The notes under the pieces are model-generated. The model did not search any database. It had not been told where the DNA came from and saw only the letters and a program-made list of their open reading frames with translations. Below, one piece after another: positions 1 to 11,751 of a DNA stretch of 64,000 nucleotides (positions within the stretch are counted from its first letter, which is position 1; each line of letters begins with the position of its first letter). The DNA is taken from assembly GCA_002633005.1 (NCBI GenBank), contig NMRA01000255.1, positions 379,937 through 443,936 on the forward strand, written 5' to 3'. Source of the stretch: Phoronis australis. Its lineage: Eukaryota; Animalia; Phoronida. The translations under genes were made by a program, and so were the position numbers.

Positions 1-1761
1 TTGGAAGAAATTGACGATTCTGATGTCTCTGCTTATAGCAGCATTGCCAGTGAATCGGCATCTCATGACCACAATGCTGGAGGGTTATTGACTATTCCAA
101 GCAAACATGTGCCAACCCATTTGTTAATGGTGTCACTGTTGGAGCATGTGTGTTCTATCTATGAACCTGATCCGAAAATGAAAGATGAACTGTTTAAGGA
201 GATCTGCAGTCGCCTTGCCCAGTTAAAGGTTATGTCTCCTTTATGTTTTGTTGATGAGCTTGAAACTATCCGTGACAACTACAAAAAGAGATTCTCTGGC
301 TTGCTTGACTCTGCCAGAATCTCTGTTTATGAAAACAATAAAAAGCATGGCTTGATGTCATTAGTATCCCGCAAGGAAAGGTTAGCAATAATGTTTCAAC
401 CGCACATAAACCATAAGGAACCACGTATCAAAATGGGGGACATATTTGATGCCGATGCCTCTCGGTACCGGCAAGAGTTTGGCGAGCTCAAGTGTTTAGG
501 TCGTGGTGGTTTCGGAAGTGTGTACAAGGTACGCCATAAACTAGATGGCTGCCTATATGCTGTGAAGAAGATTCCACTTCCTAGAGCTGACCCTGAGATC
601 TTGCTGAGACTATTACGTGAAGTGCGTGTACTTGCTAATCTCCACCACAGTAATGTCGTTGGGTATAATGCTGCCTGGCTTCAGCAGGAATACATTGTGC
701 CGGCTAGAGTTCGTCCAGTTGACGATGAAAACGTCACTTCTCGTACTAATGAGGCTGAAGACAGTGATGTAGTCTTCCAAAACTCAGGGATGGGCAGCAA
801 TTCCCGAATGTCTGGAAAAAGCTCAGCAGATGAGAGGCACAATTCTCTCAAACTACATTCTGTAGACCGAGTTTGCAGTCATGGTGATGTGCAGTTTGAT
901 TCCCATAGAAACGGGCATGCTAAGGGGAAGACATCAGGACAGACAAGCATGAGTTGTGGTCAGGCTGAAGCATGTGGCCAACACAGTGCCGCCTCCTATG
1001 GGTATACTGGTGACTTACTCCACAATTCCAAAACAATGCTGTACATTCAAATGCAGTTATGTTCTTCAACATTGAAAGATTGGATTCACCATCGTAATGC
1101 TCACTGTGACAGGAATAAGGTATTTGATTGTGTAAATGAAGTACTTGCATTGCAAGCACTAAAGCAAATACTATGTGGTGTAGACTACATTCATAACCAA
1201 GGCTTAATTCATCGAGACATTAAGCCACGGAATATATTCTACGATGATGAGTTCACTATCAAAATTGGTGACTTCGGTCTGGCCAGGGACGATTTAGCTG
1301 GCATTAATCATGTGAGTGTCTCTCCAATAGTAAACGTTCTGGATGTACTGAATGTGGAAGATTACACCACGGGTGTGGGGACCAGTATATATGGTGCTCC
1401 AGAACAATTGTGTGGTCACAGCTATGACACAAAATGTGACATGTTCAGCGTCGGCATAACGGCATTTGAGCTTTTTCATCCATTCCTAACGGAAATGGAG
1501 AGGGCTAAGACACTGACAGAGCTACGTTCAGGTGTTGTACCGAAAGAGTTCCAGATGCGATGGCCGGCGATATCGAACGCTATCGTTGCGATGGTGAGCA
1601 CTGACCCTCGCCGGAGGCCGTCAGCCAAAGAACTGTTGGAGAGCGAGATATTCCTCACAAAGGATGAGCTGATTGCTAAACTCAGCTCAACTGTTGCAGT
1701 TCAGGCCAGAGAAATAGCTCAGCTGAAAAGTTACATCATGAAGCTGGAATATAAAAAGTGA
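1..1761 (+). CDS. EIF2AK1: eIF2-alpha kinase 1 (HRI) homologue, intronless over the visible part, 5' end outside the window
   Basis: 586-codon open frame. HRI-type N-terminal block LLMVSLLEHVCSIYEPD..ELFKEIC; eIF2aK signature SRYRQEF..LGRGGFGSVYK; YAVKKI; long kinase insert; LYIQMQLC; HRDIKPRN; DFG; GTSIYGAPEQ; C-terminal coiled coil. Confidence 0.93.
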   Translation: MEEIDDSDVSAYSSIASESASHDHNAGGLLTIPSKHVPTHLLMVSLLEHVCSIYEPDPKMKDELFKEICSRLAQLKVMSPLCFVDELETIRDNYKKRFSGLLDSARISVYENNKKHGLMSLVSRKERLAIMFQPHINHKEPRIKMGDIFDADASRYRQEFGELKCLGRGGFGSVYKVRHKLDGCLYAVKKIPLPRADPEILLRLLREVRVLANLHHSNVVGYNAAWLQQEYIVPARVRPVDDENVTSRTNEAEDSDVVFQNSGMGSNSRMSGKSSADERHNSLKLHSVDRVCSHGDVQFDSHRNGHAKGKTSGQTSMSCGQAEACGQHSAASYGYTGDLLHNSKTMLYIQMQLCSSTLKDWIHHRNAHCDRNKVFDCVNEVLALQALKQILCGVDYIHNQGLIHRDIKPRNIFYDDEFTIKIGDFGLARDDLAGINHVSVSPIVNVLDVLNVEDYTTGVGTSIYGAPEQLCGHSYDTKCDMFSVGITAFELFHPFLTEMERAKTLTELRSGVVPKEFQMRWPAISNAIVAMVSTDPRRRPSAKELLESEIFLTKDELIAKLSSTVAVQAREIAQLKSYIMKLEYKK

Positions 1762-3442
1762 ATTACAGTCTCTGTTTGGGTATGGGGTAAACATTTCCTC
1801 ATGAATTTTGGTAATTTTCACTTTTTATTAATTGAGAATTGTTCTGTTTGGTTCAGGACTCACTCCTTGTTTGTTTTAGATTCTCAACTTAAAATGGTCC
1901 CCAGTTCCATTGAAGAAACGAACTTTTGATTTAGATCATTAACGATTATAAAATTAGTCTCAACTTTTTCCATTCTCAAATGAGAAAGTATTTGTGGTCT
2001 TGGAAGGAACTGATGGTTTCAGTGTTATTTCTCAAGACCAAGCTTCTTGAATATAGTTACACCTCATGACTTCAAGTGAACTTGTAGACCTTGGTCTCGG
2101 TCAATTACAATTTGTCCTTCTCAAGCTTTGAAATAATATTCTATTTTTACTTAGGTAACATTTGAGACCAATTGGTTTACATCAAAATTTTTTTCTGAGA
2201 AATGGCAGGTGTGTACTGCAACCACTTTAAACAGTGTAAGTGGTAACCCAAACGGGCACAGTAATTACAACTTAGCTACCAAGAGTGCTGTGAATAGTTG
2301 TATTTGTTTTGTTTTGTTTGTATAGTTTGTTTCATGATTGTTTTTGTTTTTATGCAAACTACCAATGTGTTAAAAGTTTGAGTTTATTGGATGGTTTCAA
2401 AGGTTTGTGAAAATACTATGCTTTGTCAGCGCTTTATTTGATTTAGGATTTTACATAGGTGGGCCCGATTCTCGCATCCTAGTTTCATTTTTCCCCTCTT
2501 GTTGTGGTAAAATAATGCATTGTAGGACTGAACTAGTTTTTGAAACTGGTAAGACAAGTGACTCTTTTCTGAACTGAGTGGGACAACTGAATGATTAATC
2601 ATTAGCCTTCAATTAGCTTTTGATAGCTTATGCCTGCATTACAACTGACTATGGAATGGTAAAAGTTTGCGTGCACTAGAGTGACAAATGGTAAACTAAG
2701 CTAAGTATCATAGCGTTTAGTAATGGTTACAGTAGCATGGCAATAGTAGGCACAGGAGCTTATCTTGTGGATCTTTTTAGCACATACATGTACCTCTTGT
2801 ACTACAGGGCTTGGACTTTTCCTCTTTAAGAGGATTATTTCCTCTTTTGGTTTTGATTTCCTCTTATTTGATTTCCAGTTTCCTCTTTCATCTCTGAATT
2901 TATCCATGCAAAGATGTTTATTTCAGTTGAATTTTGCAACACCAAAAAATATTTCCATCTGACCCACAAGCCTTTTTATTTACGGAACAATACACCACCT
3001 GGTGTTCTCCACTGCCATCTATCTAGCATGAATGAAACAAAGTTCTCAAGACAATCTTTCCTCTGTGTGATGTGCTCTTGCAGCAGCAAATCAGGATAGA
3101 TAGTGGTTGATGAGTGTGCTGTGGTGGGGGCAATGAGATTCTCCCATGACTTATGGCTGATTAGTATTCTGGGAAGTAGCTATTTCTAGGTGATGAAATA
3201 AGCGTGCAGGAATTGTCAATATTTCATAGAGGAGTGGAGTCTTCTTTGTCTTGTGTGCGAACACTTTTTTTGAACTTATGAACTTACATCTGTGGTAGCA
3301 GAAGTTTTTTGGATATCCTTTCTTCTTGTCACCTGTTTTCTGAAAGTGCAGGTATTTTATTGGCTACAAATGAATGTTTTCCCACAATGCATGGCATAAG
3401 TGAACTGTGAAGCCCCCTTCTGTCTCTGTTACATGGTTTTTT

Positions 3443-3590
3443 ATAGGCGGCGCTGCACTGAAAAAAGTGGGCAGCTAAAGCCCCCTCAGCCCCCTTGTGG
3501 TGCCCCACCTATTGACCGTGTGTGCGTAGCTCTGGAAAAAGTGGTTGCTATAGCCCCCCCCCCCCCGCCCCCTATGGTGCGCCGCCCATG
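3443..3590. mobile_element. Doublet of ~70-bp G/C-run mini-MITEs (CATGGG...CCCATG type), probably in the HRI 3' UTR
   Basis: Two tandem short units ending GCCCCACCTAT and GCCGCCCATG; reverse-complement similar to the doublet at 11565-11725. Confidence 0.55.
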
Positions 3591-6500
3591 TTATTAGGCC
3601 CGTCCTGAATAGCACGGCATCACTCTCATTCTAATGTAGTTACCCACAATGCAACACATTCAAGTATCAGTGCTGGATGCACAATGAATTGTTCTTCCCT
3701 TGTTAATCAAGTGACAGTATCTCACATTTTGCAAAATAGGTCAGTCATACTATGCACTTTTCTACCTCCGCTAAGGAGAGTTTGATTGAAGACGTTCTAC
3801 TGTTGAGTAATATGTTATGCAGGCTTGCCTCAGATGTTGCTCACTATGATATTGACTTGAGAAATCTCTTTGATATAGTGCTGTAAATATCAAAAGCATT
3901 TTGTGAAAGCTCAAAGAATATAAAATGTATTATGCCAAGCAGAATCGTTGTTTTCTTGTTAGTTGTAAGGCTTACCATAGCACATATGGTCATTGGGAAT
4001 AGCTCTTGGCTAGTACCAGTAGTAGAAGAAGAATTGTCAATCTACCACAAGTACCTGGGTAGAAATTCTCAAACATGATAATCGTTGCTGTTGTAATCTG
4101 ATAAGTCATGGTTATGACAGGTCGTTAGACGTGTTATTGTTTGACCTTTCCAGATATCGGCCTGTTGAATAAACCGGCCGGAAGCAACAACGACACTATT
4201 TTAAATTATAACAATAAAATATGAAACACAAATATAAAAATATTGAACATAAGTACGAAAATAGATCAATAATCCGAATTTTGCTTCGGATAACTCGCCC
4301 GCCATACCCGGATGTCAGCGTCGTCCCCAATATTCTCACGCGGCTGACCCGGATATGTAGGCCTACTAAACATTCATTGGATATTAATATTGCATGCACA
4401 CTATCAACAGTTGTACATGAAACAGAAAACAAAGAGCCATCCGTTCCATTCCAACCGCGAACCGGGTGTCCAAGTGTTTGGGTGCAACAGCTTCTACAAC
4501 ACGTTTAAATTTGGATTGCCTACCAGTCAATCAGTCAATCTTTTTTTACTGGCGCTCATTATATACAATACAAACGTCGACGGGCAATCTCATGTTTAGG
4601 TCGTTGATCAAATATAGGACAGTCGAAGTCACCAAGTGGTCGTGTAGTCGCTTGAAATTTCCGTAAATGGCTAGACCTATTGGACACTTGTCACGTGATG
4701 TTAATATGCTAAATGAAACTTTCAGATAGACGTAGGGTTATTTATGCAGTAGTCTAATACGCTGCCAGGAATTGTCATTAAAATTTCGAAATTTGCTAGA
4801 GCAAAGTGATTTTATTTGCGGATCTGAAAACTGAATTTTAAAATCTCATTTCTGAGTTCAAAAGAAATACGGTGCTATTTTTGTTACCAGTGTAAGTTTC
4901 CTTTTTCACTCAATTTTGTCAAAAACCGAGCCAGTGCGTGACCCAATCAATGACACGCGTCCGCCCAACGTTAAATTATGCACGCTTCTACTTACACTGA
5001 GAAAATAAGATTTTTACTCAGTACTAGTGCAGCCGTCAATAATGCCACGTAAGCTGGATACATCTTGAATATCATCTTAAAGTTCAACTGTACTCTTTAG
5101 GTATTTTTGATTTTTCCTTGAAATTCAGTCATTCCCATAGAAACGTTATCTCCGTTGTCCGCGATGGATGAAAATAAAATTTCAAAGGTTGAATTTCATA
5201 AATAACATACATCAACAAAATGTCGACATGCCTTGTTTCAAATTATTCCCATTAGGTGTAACTAGCACTTTTATAATTTGAAATTTTCCAGTCGTGTTCT
5301 CCCACCATCTGTGACTATCTCAGTTTTACGGCCCTTCATTGTACCCGGATCGTCAACTTTGCCGCGGGACGCCCGTCTTCGAAAAAGAGGTGAACACACC
5401 AAGTAAGTGCGATGTAGGAAATTGCCGTCCATGGCCGACTGGAATTGGGGGCGCCCTACAGAAGTAGTGTTCTTTAATGCTTTTGGGAGTGAATGTGCAG
5501 ACCGGCCTGAGTTTAAAGCCGCTGGCTACTGCAGCTTGCGAGTGTGCAGGGGGCAGAGCTGCATGAAAAAACTTCCGTTTGGGCCCAAGAACTTCAACAG
5601 TACTCGGAACTCCAGCTCACATTTCCACCCATATCACTCACATCACTTAAATTAGTGTACTACCATTTGGTACTGATCCACGATAGCATTTTGAGCTTTG
5701 TGCGTGCAGCCCCTTGTCTGACTGTGGCACCTCGTTTATGTTATTTTCCGCCCAAGTGTTTTTAACCAGTCGACACCTCGCGTGGGGTTTCGCTCTCTCT
5801 ACTCATTCGGTGGTGGTGGGGGGGGGGGGGGGTNTTAAGGCTACCAGCTATTCCTTTAGGATATTCGTACGACTATTTTTTAGGTGGGTGTACATCTAAA
5901 ACAATAGCGGTGGTGGGCACGAAGCGCTCTTTGTAGTGAGCTTCCGCGGGGAAAATCACATGCCATTTTCAGAGCCATCTAGAGTTCTCAGTATTCACCG
6001 AGAGTGGCGTCAACTTTCATTCATATAACTCCCTAAAGTACTTCCTTTTGCAGAGAACTGGATAATCTAAAATTTACTTTTTCGTAAGATGCCTGTAAAT
6101 GAAAATCCCGCCCATCAGCCGTTCTGCATGCCACAATATATGCCGAGTGCGATGAACTTGTGCTGTCAACATATCGACACGTATTTCAGCGCCCGGGCGA
6201 CAGTATGTGTCTGGTGCGACAATATGTGTAGTGACATCAGCGTATGCGCCCCCAAGTGTTTTGAAATGCAGTCTGCTTATCAGGATATTTGGTGCATAGG
6301 CGGATCTACAGTGAGGGTACCGAGGTCCAGGAAATTGCAAGCAAGCCCAAACCGAGGTTCAGCAAGTTAAACGGGAGAAAGATCAGGGAGATGGTTGGTG
6401 ATTAAGATAACCATGCCAGCCTCGATTGCAGAAGTGTCGATTTTGTAAACTGGAACATTTGGGACACTAAAGAAGTGTTTTACTTCTTCAAACTTCATCT

Positions 6501-7136
6501 AGCTCACATAACCGATCTCTGGATCTTCCTTTCGACTCCCTGTTACACCCACGTCAAAGCGATTCGTCCGTGCCTGAAGCCTAGTACATGCAGTTTCGCT
6601 CAGGCCTACACGTGCACAGCCAAACAATTTCGCTAAGACATAGATGCTTTAAGAAGTCGGAAATATGTGTCATCTCAAATTTATAGCATATACTGTTGCA
6701 CGCGACACATATTGTCACCCCTTGGGCCAGAGGCGACAGCATGTGTGACAATATTTGTCAAACAGCGGTATAAATTACACAACTGAAAATATGATTGTAA
6801 CGCTCAAAAGTGCATGACGAGAATTTCCTATATAAGTAATTGATGTCAGAAAAGTACAGTAAACAGAGGTCGAAGTTCCGCTTGCACATTGATGTTTTAG
6901 ATTGATAGGTTAAATTGACATATTTGCATGATACATTGATCTACAACTAATCGGATGTTGACCTGCTAAATGATACTTTTATTCTTAAGAAAAGAGGAAG
7001 TACACAAAAACATTTGGCCAAACAAACAATATCGTTTTTCAAATAAACACGCTGTTTTCTTTTTAAAAGTCACGAGAAATGAAATCACGTTGAAGTTACA
7101 GATAACATTTGGCAACATTCCTAACAATGGGTTGAC

Positions 7137-7144
7137 TATAAATA
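7137..7144 (+). promoter_or_regulatory. TATA box of the 7268 ORF
   Basis: TATAAATA about 130 nt upstream of the ATG. Confidence 0.55.
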
Positions 7145-7267
7145 GGCGCAGTTTTGTACACTATCCTCTCATAAAGACCAAAAAGATAGTGACAACAACA
7201 ATTTCTGATTCTATGTGAAAAGACGCTTGGAACTCAAGTTTCCAGAAGAGGATTCTTCGAATTTTGA

Positions 7268-8422
7268 ATGAACTCATCAGGTACAGCAAGAAAAATGTTC
7301 GTAACTATTGTAGCGTTGGCAGCGCTTTTTGGAAATCTTGATATTTGCAAAGGCCAAATGTCTATAGACATTTCAAGAATAGCTGTCAAACTCGACCTTG
7401 GTGACGTTTCTTCTAACAAATCTCAACTTGTAGAAGAAGCGGTCAACAGAGTTGTCGGAAAGTCGATTTTTCATAAACTTCGTCTGGCAATCGCACGGCA
7501 GGCACAAAAAATTAATTTGTTGGAACGACGAGTCGACAGAACGGAAATCTTTAACAGAAAATTGCGACGACTAGTTGATAGACAAAGAATTATTGAAAGC
7601 GACGGTCCAGAACCAGGCAGGAAAGGCTTAGTTGAAAAGAAAAACTTAACAGCTTCTGCTGAGACGATGAAACCCACAAAATGGTATCAAAACTTCATGA
7701 AGTACTTGCAGAAAACTCGTGAGCTTGATGATGGAACGATTTCTAATGACAGCCAGTTCGATCCAGAGAACGTTGTTAGTGACAACGTGTTTTCCAACGG
7801 AGACGATTTGGTTGTTGCAATTGGGGAACTTCTGTCCAGCGTGAACGATTCTGCGAAGAAGGAAATTATAGCAAGCGGAGTGCACGGCAACCCTTCGACG
7901 TGGATTGACAGAAAACTCGAAAATATAACGACATTCATGCGAAGTATTTCGCATTGGAGAAATATTCAAACTGCGCTTGTGAAAAAAATTGATAGAGAGC
8001 TATACAGCAACACAAAGGCTATATCGACTTTAGAAGACAAGGTTAATTTTCAAGTTTCAAATGCGAGTGGACAAACATCCGTAGATAACAGAGAACAGTC
8101 ATTTCATTTCGATAACGTTCGAAATCTTGTGTCAAAAATCAACTCTCTAGAAGATGAGTTAGTGCGACTTCGTTTCACACAGGTCTTGCAAAACGCCACT
8201 ATTCACCAACTAAGTGACCATATTGTTAGAATTGAGGATACCCAAGAGTATATAAAGCGTGTGGCGGAAAACGCTCTGTCTACCAATCGCCAGACGGCGT
8301 TTCGAACATTCAGAGCTGACGGGCACCTGACGGCTCGCATGGCAGAGATTTCAGAGACGGTGAAAGAAATTAAAGTCCGATTATATTCGTTAGAACAGAG
8401 CAGTAGCAGTAGAGCAATGTAA
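7268..8422 (+). CDS. Secreted coiled-coil glycoprotein of unknown family (384 aa, single exon)
   Basis: Long ORF in AT-rich DNA; signal peptide MFVTIVALAALFGNLDICKG; heptad-rich segments; several N-x-S/T sequons; upstream TATA. Confidence 0.85.
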   Translation: MNSSGTARKMFVTIVALAALFGNLDICKGQMSIDISRIAVKLDLGDVSSNKSQLVEEAVNRVVGKSIFHKLRLAIARQAQKINLLERRVDRTEIFNRKLRRLVDRQRIIESDGPEPGRKGLVEKKNLTASAETMKPTKWYQNFMKYLQKTRELDDGTISNDSQFDPENVVSDNVFSNGDDLVVAIGELLSSVNDSAKKEIIASGVHGNPSTWIDRKLENITTFMRSISHWRNIQTALVKKIDRELYSNTKAISTLEDKVNFQVSNASGQTSVDNREQSFHFDNVRNLVSKINSLEDELVRLRFTQVLQNATIHQLSDHIVRIEDTQEYIKRVAENALSTNRQTAFRTFRADGHLTARMAEISETVKEIKVRLYSLEQSSSSRAM

Positions 8423-9079
8423 TGACGGGTGCATTGTGTGCCAGTCCGTTTTAATTCGCTTAAAATACTGCTTGAGAAAACTTTCTCTAACGAATCAAGC
8501 ATTGTCTACGGACATCCTTCTATACAAAACTTAAAATACTAGGCTGATTGACTCTAACAAAATGGTCTTAAAATTTCCTTGTCACAATATGACTTCATTT
8601 TTATAATCAAAAGGAATTTATAGTTAACCAGCCATTGGTATGAAGGAAGTTGGAGGGCTTGACCAACTGGACCAAAATTGACCATTAAGCCCTCATTCTT
8701 CTACCCTATGGATCGGGTGATACGTTTTCGGAATGGAAGGTTTGAGACACATTTTGTGTAATTGAGTAACCTGGCTCGTAATTTGTATTTTAGTAAGCAA
8801 GAATGAAAGAAATGTTCCTTTGATACTATGAAATGAAAAGACAGGTAACATACGTTATCGACACAAAAAGGTAGCAGTTTTAACGAAGCAGTGTACACAA
8901 TATAAGATGTGGACTTTTAAATGTCTTTTCATTGCAAGTTTAGTTAGGTCCGCATAACACATAGGCAGATTTTTTTTTGGTGGGGGGGCAGGGTGAACCC
9001 CCCCGCCCTTGGCTGCCGCAAGCAAAATGAAACAGCAACAACGTGATGCGTGAGGAAATATTGAGTTCAGTAACTAGGA

Positions 9080-9296
9080 CCGGTAGCGGATGGTGAGGGG
9101 GGGGGGCTCAGGCCCTAGATGGCGGCGGAATCGTGTTCTCGTTTTTTTCCTAGGCCCCCGACAGATTTTTTGAACAGAAGGTTCACAGCCCCGACCCCCG
9201 CCACTTTCGGGCGTCTGTGCACATACACTCGCGCTTTGCCCAATTCATCAGGGCAACATGTTGGGCCCCCCTCATTGTATCCTAGATCCGCCACTG
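9080..9296. mobile_element. MITE of the CAGTGGCGGA family
   Basis: Ends CCGGTAGCGGAT and TAGATCCGCCACTG; its reverse complement resembles the left part of the 20649, 39542 and 59416 elements. Confidence 0.6.
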
Positions 9297-9942
9297 AGGC
9301 AAGTCCTGGTTCAACATCAGGGTCAGGTAGCATTATCACGTGTCGCGATGGAACTGTTGAACAATGTATTTGACTTCACATCGCAATCAAATTTATCAAG
9401 TGGATAAGTTTTAAGTTTTGTGCAATCCAGCCATGAACGTAAGCTAAAATTTAATGAAAAAATTAAGACTCTTACCAGGAACAACGATCGTTAAAGGTTC
9501 TAAACCTTGCACGCATTACATTTCAATTTACCAAATGACCCTGGAAACAAGTTTATCTAGACATAGTACGGATGAAATCGATTTACGTACTATATCCTGT
9601 ATATATACATGATTAATAAGCCTTACGCAATCGAAATCAATTTGTTTGGTGAAGCAGGAAAATGGTGCCGATGGATTTGTAAACGGGTACCTTTCTGGGC
9701 GTAAAAAAACATACTCACTGTACGCGCGGAATCGATTGACCACTTTAAGTAGAACAAGGAAGGGAGTATGGAAAGCCATGCTCTCTTGAGAATACCTGTA
9801 TTGCACGCCGCGTTAGATTGCACTCGTTCATTCTCATTAGTGCAAGGCAACGGTCGCTGTACAATGCGCAGGTGAATCCGGGAGCCCCTGATGGAACACG
9901 CCCAGATAGTAAACATGCCTACAATGGTGGCTTTCAAAGCAA

Positions 9943-10237
9943 ACGAAAGTGTTAATTTGGCAATGCGTGTATTGCACTAGTTGATGCGAATGCCGTTCGG
10001 AATGCATGCGTGAGTTCGGAATTCACTGATAGCTGCACGCATTGGCAGATTTCATAGAAAATTGCAAATGAAGAAAAAGAACACTGGCGTTGGATTGTTC
10101 TGAAATCCGCCATTGCTGAGTGCTTGTGTTCTACTACTGAGCAACTTCCGTATTCACGCGTGCATTATATAACGACGGTGCATGCACTCTTATGAATGAG
10201 TGCAATACACGCATTGTCAAAAGAACACGCGTTCCGT
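9943..10237. mobile_element. Foldback MITE with ~35-bp terminal inverted repeats
   Basis: GTGTTAATTTGGCAATGCGTGTATTGCACT is inverted as AGTGCAATACACGCATTGTCAAAAGAACAC. Confidence 0.6.
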
Positions 10238-11440
10238 AAGGAAGTTACACTACGCGTACCTGAATCAGTGCCCGTACTTATAATGTAGAGTCAAATCCCC
10301 GGTTGTACAAGACCAATTTTGAAGGTCAGTATTGACGCTTTTTGTTAAGAGAGCTCACGATCAAATACTAATAAATCTAATTAATGTTGACTTGCTCAGA
10401 GGAAATTTATTCAATGACTCCACTTGACGATTTAACAGCCCTAATCGTATGCCTTTATCTTAACTTTGACACGCTGAAGGCACTCACTAATTCTAAAATA
10501 CCGATCTAGGAAACACTCAGGCTTGATAATTCTAAGATTATAAGGTGCTTTTCTGACCCTGATCTTGGTAGTCTTTGGTCATTATTCAGTTATCGTACGG
10601 AAGTACTCTCACCGATGTACAGGCAAAGATACAGGTTCGCGTCGCGTTATGACCTTATCCCATTTCTATGCGTAGAAAATGTGAATTTTTAGGGCAGAAT
10701 TGGGGGTTCATAACAATAGATATGATCGGACTAAAGGTATAATTAGAGGAATAACTCTACCCCCAAAGGTAGATGTTGTAAACTTGTACCCGGCATAGTG
10801 ACTGATTGTAACGATCATTAATACAAAATAAAAATAGAAATAAAACGTCACTAATGTTTCACTATACTATTAGCTATTGGAAACTTCAAAATTACATATA
10901 ACAACTACAACAAAGAAAATCTGCATATTTACATTATATCAATGCAGTGAATATGATTATGGAAACTCACTTAAAAGTCTTACGTATGTATGTAATTCTA
11001 ATTTTTGAACCACGAATTTGTTGCACTGTGATGGGAAATTTTTTCTTAAAAGTTTGTCTCAATGAGGTAATTCTAAATACTATCATTGTAATTAACACTC
11101 GTAGTTAATATGAATTCATATTTTGTAGAATATAAATCGGCAAATAAAACAACAAGAATGGATCAACTGAAATTTGAAATTTTTGGATGTAATAACTTCC
11201 TATGTCAACAGAAACAGAAAGAGAAATATTTTGAGTATTTTATAAAATTGTGTTGTTTATATATGTGGCGGTGGTTAACCCTTCGGTTTCTGTAACTCTT
11301 ACAGTTTATTTGTTACAACAAGGGTCACGTGTTGTACACTAGCTATTGTTAGGTAAACTAACATAATTGTGTTTCACGTAGGTTGTAGCCGGCTGTGCGT
11401 TGGTAGTTCGGGTTGAGGAGTGAAATAAAGCAATGTTCTA

Positions 11441-11751
11441 GGCGTGCGTTTAGTAACGCAAGGATCTAGTACGCTAGAACCTAGCTAAAATCTAGCTAAA
11501 GTCACGTGTTCTCATATAAAATACACGGCAATATCTCACAGTCTTGATTTTTAGCGAGGTCCTACATGGGTAGCGCACCACTAGGGGGGGTGGGGGGGGG
11601 GGGNGTGCAGCATTGCAATAGCCCTTCACTTATTTCAATGCTGCACTGCCCATGATTACATGGGGAGCGCACCACAGGGGGCTGGGAGCTATAGCCCCAC
11701 TCATTTATGTGCTGCCCCGCCCATACGTCCAAGCGTTACTAAACGGTAGGC
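11441..11751. mobile_element. ~150-bp MITE (GGCGTGCGTT...TAGGACCT family) interrupted by a mini-MITE doublet at 11565-11725
   Basis: Colinear with copies at 16569-16720 and 29702-29855 apart from the insert inside the right TIR. Confidence 0.75.
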
